This document shows positions 10,080 to 18,934 of a stretch of DNA of 64,000 nt, one piece after another (position 1 is the first letter of the stretch; each line of letters begins with the position of its first letter). The stretch covers positions 13,893 to 77,892 of the forward strand of contig WVZL01000032.1 of NCBI GenBank assembly GCA_011772495.1. The letters are read 5' to 3'. A program made the translations under genes and the position numbers. This DNA is from Candidatus Aminicenantes bacterium (GTDB taxonomy: Bacteria; Acidobacteriota; Aminicenantia; Aminicenantales; Aminicenantaceae). The notes under the pieces were generated by a model. The model searched no databases and was not told where the DNA came from. It worked only from the letters and a program-made list of their open reading frames with translations.

Positions 10080-10259
10080 TTGTCCAGTTTATTGAGTTTG
10101 CGTAGCTGATGATTGTTATTCGGAAAATAGCTCCCTTGAATGCATTAAGAACAGCCTAAACCGACCAGACAAGCTAAGTAAATCAGACAAAATAAAAACT
10201 CAACCGAGTGGACCAACTCAATAAACTCAATAAACTGGACAAACTCTATAAACTGTAAT
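10080..10259. repeat. Inverted arrays of degenerate 9-bp units (AACTCAATA/AACTGGACA)
   Basis: Five tandem 9-mers at 10215-10259. A perfect 20-bp inverted copy pairs 10080-10099 (TTGTCCAGTTTATTGAGTTT) with 10223-10242. Confidence 0.8.
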
Positions 10260-10283
10260 AATTTTTTATACGAGGAGGCAGCA

Positions 10284-11066
10284 TTGAATATATGTGTTTT
10301 TGTTAAAAGAGTGCCTGATACAGAATCCAAGATAAGGATAAACCAAGAGAGCAATACTATTATAGAGGAAGGCTTGAATTTTGTTTTGAGTCCCTATGAT
10401 GAATATGCAGTAGAAGAGGCGCTAAAGCTGAGAGAAGCCAAGGGTGGACAGGTTACGGTTGTATCCGTTGGGCCAGAAGAGGCGATGGTTGTTCTGAAAA
10501 AATGTTTGGCCATGGGAGCAGATGAAGCTGTGCTCGTCAAGGACGATCAAGGGGAGACTTATGATAGCTTGCGGATATCGAAGATCATCGCTCAGGCTGT
10601 GAAGAAGAAATTTGCCGACTTCGATCTCCTGCTTTTTGGCAAGCAGTCTGTAGGGGCAGACAATGCTCAAGTCCCGGCTATGGTCGCTGAATTTATGGGC
10701 TTGCCCCAAGTGAATGTGGTGACAAAACTGGAAATAGAAGGGAATACCGGAACCGCTTGGCGAGAGATCGAAGGCGCCTTGGAGAAATTTAAATTCTCTC
10801 TCCCTGCTGTCCTCAGTGCCCAGAAAGGATTGAATGAGCCCCGTTATGAGACCCTGAAGGGAATTATGGCCGCCAAGAAGAAAGAAATCCCGGTCTGGAC
10901 CCTTAATGAATTGGATCTAGGGGAGGAAGAGTTGAATCCCCAGTTGGAGATTGTCAAAATGGAGAGCCCTCCGCCTAGAGAGGCTGGGAAGATTATCGAG
11001 GGGGAGCCTGCTGAAGCAGCTCAAAAGCTCGTTGAGCTTCTGCGCAATGAAGCCAAGGTCATTTAG
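10284..11066 (+). CDS. etfB: Electron transfer flavoprotein beta subunit
   Basis: VKRVPDT, SPYDEYAVEEAL, AMGAD, LNEPRY; TTG start after GAGGAGG. Confidence 0.96.
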   Translation: MNICVFVKRVPDTESKIRINQESNTIIEEGLNFVLSPYDEYAVEEALKLREAKGGQVTVVSVGPEEAMVVLKKCLAMGADEAVLVKDDQGETYDSLRISKIIAQAVKKKFADFDLLLFGKQSVGADNAQVPAMVAEFMGLPQVNVVTKLEIEGNTGTAWREIEGALEKFKFSLPAVLSAQKGLNEPRYETLKGIMAAKKKEIPVWTLNELDLGEEELNPQLEIVKMESPPPREAGKIIEGEPAEAAQKLVELLRNEAKVI

Positions 11067-11078
11067 AGGGAGGATGGA

Positions 11079-12056
11079 ATGATTTTAGTTTACATAGAAG
11101 TCAGAGAAGGAAAAGTGAAAAAATCTTCTCTTGAAGCCCTTTCCGAGGGAGCCAGGAGAGCCAAAGATTTCAAAACAGAAGTGAATGCAGTCCTGGTCGG
11201 AGACAAAATGGACAACCTTGCTTCCGAGGTTTTCCCTTACGGGGCTGAAAAGATTTATTTACTCGAGAATGCTCTTTTTGGCCACTATTCTGCTGAAAGC
11301 TACGCTCAGGCGCTGATGACCTTGATCGAGGAGATCAAGCCTGATGTTGTGTTTTTTTCAGCCAGCGCTATGGGGAAAGACCTTTCACCTCGAGTAGCGG
11401 CCAAATTAGGAGTCGGTTTAGCTTCTGATTGCACCAGCACTGCAGCTAGGGACGGGAAATTGGAAATTACCCGACCGGTTTTTGCAGGGAAAATTTTGGT
11501 CGCTTTAACCTTTAAATCTAAACCCCAAATAGCGACCTTGCGGCCGAATGTTTTGCCTCTTGCTGAGCCTGCTGCAGCAAAAGGAGAAGTTATAAAAAAA
11601 GAGGTTGTGATAGCTGAAGACCAGATAAAAGGCAAGGCCGTAGAAGTTATCAGGGGAGAGGGAGCTGAACTGGATGTTACTGAGGCTGAAATTGTCGTCT
11701 CTGGGGGGAGAGGCATGAAAGGCCCGGAAAATTATGACCTTTTAAGAGAACTCACGGCTATCCTTCCCCAATCGGCTGTGGGAGCTTCCCGTTCAGCCGT
11801 GGATGCTGGGTGGATCGACCATCAGCATCAGGTAGGCCAGACAGGCAAAACAGTATCACCGAATCTTTATATTGCTTTCGGGATTTCAGGAGCTATCCAG
11901 CATTTAGCAGGCATGTCGTCCTCAAAGTGCATCGTGGCGGTTAACAAGGATCCCGAGGCTCCTATTTTCAAAGTTGCTGACTACGGTCTGGTGGGTGACC
12001 TCTTTCAGGTTATTCCGCACCTGAAAGAAGAGCTGAAGAAAATCTTAAAGGATTAA
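11079..12056 (+). CDS. etfA: Electron transfer flavoprotein alpha subunit
   Basis: [39 protein letters not shown]. Confidence 0.97.
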   Translation: MILVYIEVREGKVKKSSLEALSEGARRAKDFKTEVNAVLVGDKMDNLASEVFPYGAEKIYLLENALFGHYSAESYAQALMTLIEEIKPDVVFFSASAMGKDLSPRVAAKLGVGLASDCTSTAARDGKLEITRPVFAGKILVALTFKSKPQIATLRPNVLPLAEPAAAKGEVIKKEVVIAEDQIKGKAVEVIRGEGAELDVTEAEIVVSGGRGMKGPENYDLLRELTAILPQSAVGASRSAVDAGWIDHQHQVGQTGKTVSPNLYIAFGISGAIQHLAGMSSSKCIVAVNKDPEAPIFKVADYGLVGDLFQVIPHLKEELKKILKD

Positions 12057-12122
12057 AGAAGAAAAAAAGTATCTTTTTAGAGAAAGGTGAAACCGTTCCC
12101 ATTAACTAAAGACAAAACGTAG

Positions 12123-13736
12123 CTACTCGAAAACTTCTGGGTCTTCCTTGAGGAGAGGAAGAAGCAGCTGGTTGCGTTCCGAGCGATCTTCTCCGATACT
12201 GGTGACAAAGATAGCCGGCTTATCAACTACCGGACATTTGGTTTCACAAATCCCGCACCCGATGCAAAGGTCAGTGTTGATAACGGGAGCGGCAGGAGTT
12301 TTTATGGTGCCGTCCGGGCGAATGACCTCAGTCTTGACCAGCTTAATTGCCTTAGGGGATGTAGGGCAGTGTTCCTCGCAGACAATACAGGGAGTGCCCA
12401 GGAAGTAAGGTATACAACGGTTCTTATTCACCCAAGCCAAGCCGATCTTGACCTTTAGCTTTTCTGGTACGGTCAAAGCTCTTATGGCCCCTGTCGGACA
12501 GACCTGAGAACAGAGGGAACAGTAGTATTCACAGTAGCCAATTTTTGGCACTAGAACTGGAGTCCAGATTCCCTCTGGACCAGCTTCGGTCGTAGCCGGC
12601 TGCAGGCCGTTGGTGGGACAAGCTTTCATGCACTCGCCACATTTGACACATTTTTGGAGGAATTTTTCCTCAGGAAGGGCTCCTGGGGGTCTGATCAATT
12701 TTGGCGATGAGCGCTTCCAGGAGGGGGAAAGGCGGAAAAAGGGAACAGCCACTACAGCCAAAATCGAGGAGAAAATGAGCTTTCGGCGGGCCAGGTTCAC
12801 CGATTCGATCTTCTCTGGGGCAGATTCTAGGGGGAAGCCGATGGCACTGGTCGGGCAGATGGAGCTGCAGGTAAAACAATAATCACATTCCGGGCTTCTC
12901 CATTTCTCTTCAGGGAAAGGGGTGGCTTGGGTTTCACAGTGTATATTGCAAAGGTTGCACTCGATGCATTTCTGTCGGTCGATTTTTAACTTGAGAATAT
13001 TCCATCTAGAGATAAGAGCCAAGAAAGCTCCGAGCGGACAAAGATAACGGCACCAGAACCTTTCCCTGGACAAGTTTAAAAGCAAGATGCCGATGAAGAT
13101 CAGGCCGATAAAAAAGCCCTGGAGGAAGGTGGCGTTCAGAGCCAGGTTCTCGAAGAATTGGGCGAGGCCATCAGCCAGGAAGGAAAAGTTTACCTGGTAG
13201 AGGAGGCCGAGCGCCGCATCGAAGCTTTGACTCAGAGCAGGAAGAACAGCCACCGAGAAAGAGCGATAGAGCAGAGAGAGCGGGTCAAAGATCCCCACCA
13301 GGTCGAGCGAAAAAATTGTCCCGACCAGGATAAAGACTAGCAGGTAGTATTTCCAGGCCAACCGGTTGTCTGTGCTGTTTTTTGGTTTTAGCAGTTTTGC
13401 CTTTTTAAAAACAAAGGAGAAAAATTGGTGAACTGAACCTAGGGGGCACACCCAGCCGCAGACAACTCGCCCAAAGATAAAAGTTATGACCATGGTTAAA
13501 ACTGCAAAGATAAAGGAGATGAAGATCGTGCGGGAAGCGATGAGAGTGGAGATTGCCAGGAGAGGGTCGAAGTGAAAGAAAATTTCTACTCTTCCGATAT
13601 AGTCCTCTCCAGTGAAATGAGTTCTTAACAATAAATAAAAGAAGAGCAAGAAGAAGATTGTCTGGCTGAGAATACGGAGGCCTTGGATGAGCCTATATTT
13701 CTTAGACCGTTCTTTTTTCAATTTTAAGCTTGTCAA
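12123..13736 (-). CDS. Membrane polyferredoxin (NapH/MauN-like membrane part fused to NapG/MauM-like 4Fe-4S part)
   Basis: TM helices, GRVVCGWVCPLG, RFWCRYLCPLG, several CxxCxxCxxxCP motifs, IRPPGA. The true start may be TTG at 13721. Confidence 0.85.
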   Translation of the reverse strand: MTSLKLKKERSKKYRLIQGLRILSQTIFFLLFFYLLLRTHFTGEDYIGRVEIFFHFDPLLAISTLIASRTIFISFIFAVLTMVITFIFGRVVCGWVCPLGSVHQFFSFVFKKAKLLKPKNSTDNRLAWKYYLLVFILVGTIFSLDLVGIFDPLSLLYRSFSVAVLPALSQSFDAALGLLYQVNFSFLADGLAQFFENLALNATFLQGFFIGLIFIGILLLNLSRERFWCRYLCPLGAFLALISRWNILKLKIDRQKCIECNLCNIHCETQATPFPEEKWRSPECDYCFTCSSICPTSAIGFPLESAPEKIESVNLARRKLIFSSILAVVAVPFFRLSPSWKRSSPKLIRPPGALPEEKFLQKCVKCGECMKACPTNGLQPATTEAGPEGIWTPVLVPKIGYCEYYCSLCSQVCPTGAIRALTVPEKLKVKIGLAWVNKNRCIPYFLGTPCIVCEEHCPTSPKAIKLVKTEVIRPDGTIKTPAAPVINTDLCIGCGICETKCPVVDKPAIFVTSIGEDRSERNQLLLPLLKEDPEVFE

Positions 13737-14586
13737 GGTTGATTTCGCCGTGTCCCTTCTGGTGGGCCAGGCGAAGATAGGGTATGTCCTGGGAGCTCAG
13801 GCTGAAAAAAGTCGTTCCCAGCGCATCGACGGCCACATAATCTGTGCCAGCTACAACAGTCTTGTGGAGCTTGGTGTCGGACAGCCTCCCTCCCTGAGGC
13901 CCGTTCCGGATAAGAATACGATACGCGTCTAAGACTGTCAGACAGGGTTTAAAAAAGGCTGCCAGGTCGATCATGGCTTGGTCGAGTTTTTGATGAAGCT
14001 GATTCCGGTTGCCTCCTAGGGCTCCCAACCAATTCTTCATCCCTAGAGTTAACCTGGATAGGCTGTGTGTTTTGGCTATGGGAACATTAATGATTTTATC
14101 GACTTCGATAAAGTCGGTGAAGACCTCCCACTCTTTCAGCCATTCTCCTTGGAGAGGAATCTTTTTCAAGCGATGGCGGTTGGGAAAGAGGACTTTGGCT
14201 CCAGCCTGCTTGGCAGCCTCAGCGATTCCCGAGCGAAGATAGGTTCTTTTGGCTTGGTTGCAGGGATTATCGATAACCTTAACCTCTTTGGCTCCTCCTT
14301 CCAGGCAAAGTTCAACAAGAATCCTGACCACCTGGGGATTCGTGCAGGCAGCTTGTTGAGGCGTCCTGTCCCAGCCAATATTCGGTTTTACTAGAACGAC
14401 ATCCCCTTTGGAGATAAAACGTCCGATTCCCCCTAGGGAAGCTACCGCTTTTCTGGTAAGGGCTGCAGGGTTTTCGCCCTGGATGAGAGCCAGATCAGGG
14501 AAAGTCGGCTGGGCAAAAAGGGAGGGATTGAAGTTTAGGATGAGGCTTCCCACAGCTACGTCTTTAATGAACTCTCGTCTGTTCAT
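13702..14586 (-). CDS. DUF362 domain protein with twin-arginine signal
   Basis: MNRREFIK signal, VLVKPNIGWDR, TNP, INVPIAKTH..LTLGMKN, D.VAVD. Confidence 0.85.
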   Translation of the reverse strand: MNRREFIKDVAVGSLILNFNPSLFAQPTFPDLALIQGENPAALTRKAVASLGGIGRFISKGDVVLVKPNIGWDRTPQQAACTNPQVVRILVELCLEGGAKEVKVIDNPCNQAKRTYLRSGIAEAAKQAGAKVLFPNRHRLKKIPLQGEWLKEWEVFTDFIEVDKIINVPIAKTHSLSRLTLGMKNWLGALGGNRNQLHQKLDQAMIDLAAFFKPCLTVLDAYRILIRNGPQGGRLSDTKLHKTVVAGTDYVAVDALGTTFFSLSSQDIPYLRLAHQKGHGEINLDKLKIEKRTV

Positions 14587-14592
14587 GGTTTC

Positions 14593-15762
14593 TTATCCTT
14601 TGCCTAACGAATGTATATATTCCAAGATGCCATCGTAGATCCCCCGGGCAACTTCTTGAAGATACTGGGGGCTGCTCAGCCTTGCTTCATCTCGAGGATT
14701 ACTCAAGTAGGATATTTCTACGAGGACAGAAGGCATCTCTCCACCGATCAGAACCCATAGAGGTCCGCCTTTCACGCCCAGGCTGTTGATACCGCTGTAT
14801 TTCTGAGAAAGCTGCTTGACGAGCTGCTTTTGGATCCTTTTAGCCAATTCTTTGGATTCCACGATCTTGCTATTTCGAACGATTTTTTTGATGATTTCTG
14901 TCATTTCGCCGATATTCTTGGTAGAAGTCGCATTTTCTCGGGCCGCGATTTCGTTAACTTTAGGGTCACGGCTGAAATTGAGGTAGAAGGTTTCTACACC
15001 GGAGAATCTGGTGTTGGGAAGGGCATTGGCATGGATAGAGATAAAGAGATCTGCCTGTTTTTGGTTGGCAATGACAGGCCTGTCGTCAAGCGACATGGAA
15101 ATGTCCGTTTCTCTGGTCAATATCACTTCTAAATCTTTTCTGGTGCTCAACAGTTTTTTCAAGAGAAGAGAAACCTGGAGGACCACATCCTTTTCTTTCA
15201 GGCCCTTTTTCCCGACACACCCAGGATCTGAACCTCCGTGTCCAGGATCAATGACAACTCTTCGGATGCCCAATCCCAGCTGCCTGATCATGGTGTATCC
15301 TTCTTCGGTTGGCTTGGGAGGAGTAGAGGATTTTGTGCTCGGAGATCCTGTCCTTCCGATTTGAGGATAGATATCGATGACGATTCGGAAGGGATCGAAG
15401 AGATGATAGACTCGATAGTGTTTGATCTTTTCAAAATCGAGATCGGCAACTGTCCGAACCGTGGAGGTCGTCTTTTGAGCGATGCGAATCTGACTGATAT
15501 ACTCATTGTTAACCAAGATGTTTTTTCCATGGAGAATGGGATTCAGCTTGGCTTGATAGACATCGACATAGATTCGGTCTGGATTTGAGAGTTCTTTGTA
15601 GACATATTCTCGTAATTTTCCGGTGTCGATGACGATTCGGGTGAAATTGGGATGAGTCCAATAGCGAATGTTGTATATTTCTACTCTGGCGTCAGGGCTG
15701 GAGAATGATGTAAAGGGGAGGCAGAGAATGAATAATAGCCAGAAAAATCTTCTTGCCACCAT
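14593..15762 (-). CDS. N-acetylmuramoyl-L-alanine amidase (AMIN plus Amidase_3)
   Basis: Signal peptide, AMIN-like TRIVID..PDRIYVD, VVIDPGHGG, FISIHAN, PSVLVE. Confidence 0.93.
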   Translation of the reverse strand: MVARRFFWLLFILCLPFTSFSSPDARVEIYNIRYWTHPNFTRIVIDTGKLREYVYKELSNPDRIYVDVYQAKLNPILHGKNILVNNEYISQIRIAQKTTSTVRTVADLDFEKIKHYRVYHLFDPFRIVIDIYPQIGRTGSPSTKSSTPPKPTEEGYTMIRQLGLGIRRVVIDPGHGGSDPGCVGKKGLKEKDVVLQVSLLLKKLLSTRKDLEVILTRETDISMSLDDRPVIANQKQADLFISIHANALPNTRFSGVETFYLNFSRDPKVNEIAARENATSTKNIGEMTEIIKKIVRNSKIVESKELAKRIQKQLVKQLSQKYSGINSLGVKGGPLWVLIGGEMPSVLVEISYLSNPRDEARLSSPQYLQEVARGIYDGILEYIHSLGKG

Positions 15763-15816
15763 GGCATTTCCTATTAATTATATAATATTAATAAAATTAT
15801 TTCTACTCTTTACTCC

Positions 15817-17019
15817 TCAAGCTCCAAATTTTTTCAATTTTTGGGCATGGGCTAACATCAACGGCATGGCGTAAATAGCTTGAAATCGACCCAAATACCC
15901 CTGGCTACACTCCTTCTCTGAAAAGCGGCTGGCTCGGTCAGGAAGGGCTGTCTTGGAGAAGAGGAGGAAGGGATTCGGGTGCCAGGAATGAGATTTCAGC
16001 AGCCAGGGAGTGGAGTGATCAGAGGTCACGACAAAAACCTCCGGCTCTAATGCCAGCACGCGAGGAATATAGTCATCGATTTCTTCGATGGCGGCTTTCT
16101 TGGAAGTGAAATCGCCGTCTTCTCCTGCAGAGTCGGTTTTTTTAAAGTGAACATAGAAAAAATCAAAATCCTGATAATGCTGTTCCAGGGAGGCGAAAAG
16201 GTCTTCCACTGCAGATCCCACCTCCAGAAGCTCCATCCCTACCAAGCGGGCCAGGCCTTTATACATGGGATAATGTGCGATGGCTCCAGCCCTTAATTTA
16301 TACAGTTTTTCCAAGGAAGGCAGAGTGGGGAATTTGGAAAACCCTCTCAGGAGAATGGTGTTGGCTTGGGGATTGTTGTTCAGGAAAGCTGTGACGTCAT
16401 CGAGGAAAGAGTTGACGATCTGGGCAGTTTTTTCAGCCTCCGGAGAAAGGGGAAGGGTGGGCATGGGCGGCTTATTATCCTTCTGCGGGTCGGCATCGGA
16501 TAAAGAGTCAGAGAGACCGGCATCGCTAAATTTAACCACAAACCTGTGTTCCTTTCCTGGGTAGAGGACGATTTGGGGATTTTTTCTTTTTTCGAGAAAC
16601 GCGTTGATTTTTTGGCATAACTTTTCGTTCTCACTGGTGGGGATTCTTCCCGCTCTTCGGTCTACGATGAGACTGTCTTTTATGGTGGCGAAATTGCCGC
16701 GAGCGACCAAATCATTCTTTTCAACGGTTACTCCGATGCCAAGAGCTTCCAAGATTCCCCGCCCTAAGATGTACTTCAAGGGGTCGTAGCCGAACAGAGC
16801 CAGATGGGCAGGACCGCTTCCAGGAGTGATTCCCATGAAAACGGGATCAGAAAGGCCACAGGCACTCTTGGCAGCCAGATCATCGAGATGAGGCGTATGA
16901 GCAGCTTCCAATTCTGTCTTCCCCTCATGAGGAAGACCTCCCAAGCCATCCAGAACAAGCAGCACAATTTTCGAGGGGGAAGAATACGTCAAGTCCGCAG
17001 CAATGTTTTCCCAGTCCAT
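15817..17019 (-). CDS. apgM: 2,3-bisphosphoglycerate-independent phosphoglycerate mutase (ApgM type)
   Basis: LVLDGLGG, TPGSGPAHLALFGYDP, DRRAGRI, TSDHSTP, HSWHP. Start set to ATG 17019 (MDWEN). Confidence 0.93.
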   Translation of the reverse strand: MDWENIAADLTYSSPSKIVLLVLDGLGGLPHEGKTELEAAHTPHLDDLAAKSACGLSDPVFMGITPGSGPAHLALFGYDPLKYILGRGILEALGIGVTVEKNDLVARGNFATIKDSLIVDRRAGRIPTSENEKLCQKINAFLEKRKNPQIVLYPGKEHRFVVKFSDAGLSDSLSDADPQKDNKPPMPTLPLSPEAEKTAQIVNSFLDDVTAFLNNNPQANTILLRGFSKFPTLPSLEKLYKLRAGAIAHYPMYKGLARLVGMELLEVGSAVEDLFASLEQHYQDFDFFYVHFKKTDSAGEDGDFTSKKAAIEEIDDYIPRVLALEPEVFVVTSDHSTPWLLKSHSWHPNPFLLFSKTALPDRASRFSEKECSQGYLGRFQAIYAMPLMLAHAQKLKKFGA

Positions 17020-17029
17020 ATCATAACTA

Positions 17030-17058
17030 ACTATAAATAAATAAGAAATGGAAGTCAA
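17030..17058 (-). promoter_or_regulatory. Putative sigma70 promoter of apgM
   Basis: Minus strand TTGACT, 17-bp spacer, TATAGT, ending 10 nt before the ATG. Confidence 0.55.
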
Positions 17059-17095
17059 TTTGACTTTTTTAAAAAGGGATTTCTTTCTAAAAATA

Positions 17096-17171
17096 AGGGA
17101 CTGTTCTATTTCTTATTCTTACCTATATCTCATAGTGCAAGGCTTTCTGTTTTAAAAGATAGAACTGCCCC
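17096..17171. repeat. Degenerate copy of the GGGGACNGTTCTAT MITE/REP-like family
   Basis: AGGGACTGTTCTAT ... ATAGAACTGCCCC imperfect inverted ends resembling the 5672-5804 element. Confidence 0.6.
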
Positions 17172-17337
17172 ATTTTACTAAGCGGGGAGAAATGAATACA
17201 CGCTGAATGAATCCAGTGTTGTTAAAATTGCGAATTTCGGGGACGGAGCCTGCCCTTTTTTTCCCTGTTAGAGTGGAGGTGTTCTTCACGCCTTGGAAGC
17301 TATTTCCCCTCCTTTTTTTAAGGAAATTAGCGAGGAG

Positions 17338-17366
17338 TTTACATCATATAAATCCTCTGCTAAAAT
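17338..17366 (+). promoter_or_regulatory. Putative sigma70 promoter of guaA (likely leaderless transcript)
   Basis: TTTACA, 17-bp spacer with TGn, TAAAAT, then 6 nt and the guaA ATG. Confidence 0.6.
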
Positions 17367-17372
17367 CGATAC

Positions 17373-18905
17373 ATGCATAAAGTCGTCGTCCTTGATTTCG
17401 GGTCGCAGTACACGCAGCTGATTGCCAGAAAACTTAGGGAGCTGGGAGTTTTTTCAGAAATATTTCCCTTCAATATTCCCCTCGCGAAGTTAAGAAAAGA
17501 GGATCCTTCTGCCCTTATCCTCTCGGGCGGGCCGCAGAGTGTGTATGAAAAAGGAGCTCTCCTGGTCTCTAAAGAGATTTTCAAGCTGGGCATTCCTGTT
17601 TTGGGTATCTGCTATGGACTGCAGCTCATGGCTAAGCTGCTAGGAGGAAAGGTTCTCTCCTCGAAGAAAAGAGAATATGGTTTTGCTTCTCTGGAGGTTA
17701 GGGACAGAACAGGATTGCTCTCAGGGGTGAAGGACAAGGGACAAGTCTGGATGAGTCATGGCGACCGGCTGGAGAGGATTCCTCCAGGATTTATCATCTC
17801 CGGGAAGACAGCCAACACTAAAGCCGCAGTTATCGAGTCCTCTAAGGATAAGCTCTACGGTGTCCAGTTCCATCCCGAAGTCATACATACTAGAGATGGC
17901 AAAAAGATATTGACCAACTTTCTCTTCCGCCTTTCAGGGCTCAAGAACGAATGGAGCCTGGGTTCATTTATCGGAGAGAAGGTCAAAGAGATAAGAGGAT
18001 TCGTCGGGAACAAAAAAGTGATTTGTGGTCTCAGCGGTGGGATCGATTCTCTCGTAACCTCTCTCTTGGTTCACCGAGCGGTGAGGAGAAATCTTTTTTG
18101 TGTCTTTGTGGACAACGGACTTTTGAGAAAGAATCAGTACCTGGACTTGATGAAGAAATTCAGAAGGCAATTGAACCTCAATGTTATCGGAGTTGATGCT
18201 TCCGAATTGTTCCTCGATAGACTCAAAGGAGTAATTTCTCCGGAAAGAAAGAGAAAAATCATCGGGGAGTTATTCATCCGTATTTTTGAGGAGCAGGCCA
18301 GAAAGATCGGGGGAGTTGATTTTCTTGCTCAAGGGACAATTTATCCTGATGTGATCGAGAGCAGTCCTGTGAGGGGGCCCTCCTCCACCATTAAATCCCA
18401 TCATAATGTCGGGGGATTGCCGAAACGCTTGAAATTTAAGCTCATTGAACCCCTTAAAGAGCTTTTCAAAGATGAGGTTCGTGTTTTGGCGGAGGAATTG
18501 GGAATCGATAAGGATTTTATCACTCAGCATCCTTTCCCCGGGCCTGGTTTGGCAGTAAGAATTGTCGGGGAAGTAACTCGCGAGAGACTCGAGATTGTCA
18601 GGGAAGCCGATGAGATTCTTATCCAGGAGATCAGGAGGGCCGGCTTGTACAAGCAACTTTGGCAGGTCTTTGTGGTACTCCTCCCTGTAAAATCGGTGGG
18701 AGTCATGGGAGATCGCCGTACCTACCAGCGGGTCGTGGTTATCCGCCTCGTCCAGAGCGAGGATGGGATGACGGCCGCCTGGTATCAGGCTCGACCAGAG
18801 CTCTTGGCCCGGCTATCGAATCGTATAGTGAATGAAGTCCAGGGAGTGAATCGGGTCGTTTACGACATAACCACCAAGCCTCCGGGAACCATAGAATGGG
18901 AATAG
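17373..18905 (+). CDS. guaA: GMP synthase (glutamine-hydrolysing)
   Basis: LDFGSQYTQLIAR, GICYG, QFHPEV, SGGIDS, IKSHHNVGGLP, KPPGTIEWE. Confidence 0.99.
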   Translation: MHKVVVLDFGSQYTQLIARKLRELGVFSEIFPFNIPLAKLRKEDPSALILSGGPQSVYEKGALLVSKEIFKLGIPVLGICYGLQLMAKLLGGKVLSSKKREYGFASLEVRDRTGLLSGVKDKGQVWMSHGDRLERIPPGFIISGKTANTKAAVIESSKDKLYGVQFHPEVIHTRDGKKILTNFLFRLSGLKNEWSLGSFIGEKVKEIRGFVGNKKVICGLSGGIDSLVTSLLVHRAVRRNLFCVFVDNGLLRKNQYLDLMKKFRRQLNLNVIGVDASELFLDRLKGVISPERKRKIIGELFIRIFEEQARKIGGVDFLAQGTIYPDVIESSPVRGPSSTIKSHHNVGGLPKRLKFKLIEPLKELFKDEVRVLAEELGIDKDFITQHPFPGPGLAVRIVGEVTRERLEIVREADEILIQEIRRAGLYKQLWQVFVVLLPVKSVGVMGDRRTYQRVVVIRLVQSEDGMTAAWYQARPELLARLSNRIVNEVQGVNRVVYDITTKPPGTIEWE

Positions 18906-18934
18906 ACTTGATAAGCAAGGAGCTGGGTTAGGCA

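Noticed and set aside
10215..10259. Possible CRISPR array
   Set aside because: Units are 9 bp in direct tandem with no spacers, and no cas genes are in the window.
10145..10354. 69-aa minus-strand ORF with FIEFVQFIEF periodicity
   Set aside because: Artefact of the 9-bp repeats and antisense to the etfB start.
17172..17337. Purine riboswitch upstream of guaA
   Set aside because: No recognisable aptamer core, and the likely promoter lies downstream of this region. A weak hairpin plus T-run near 17239-17262 is too poor to call.
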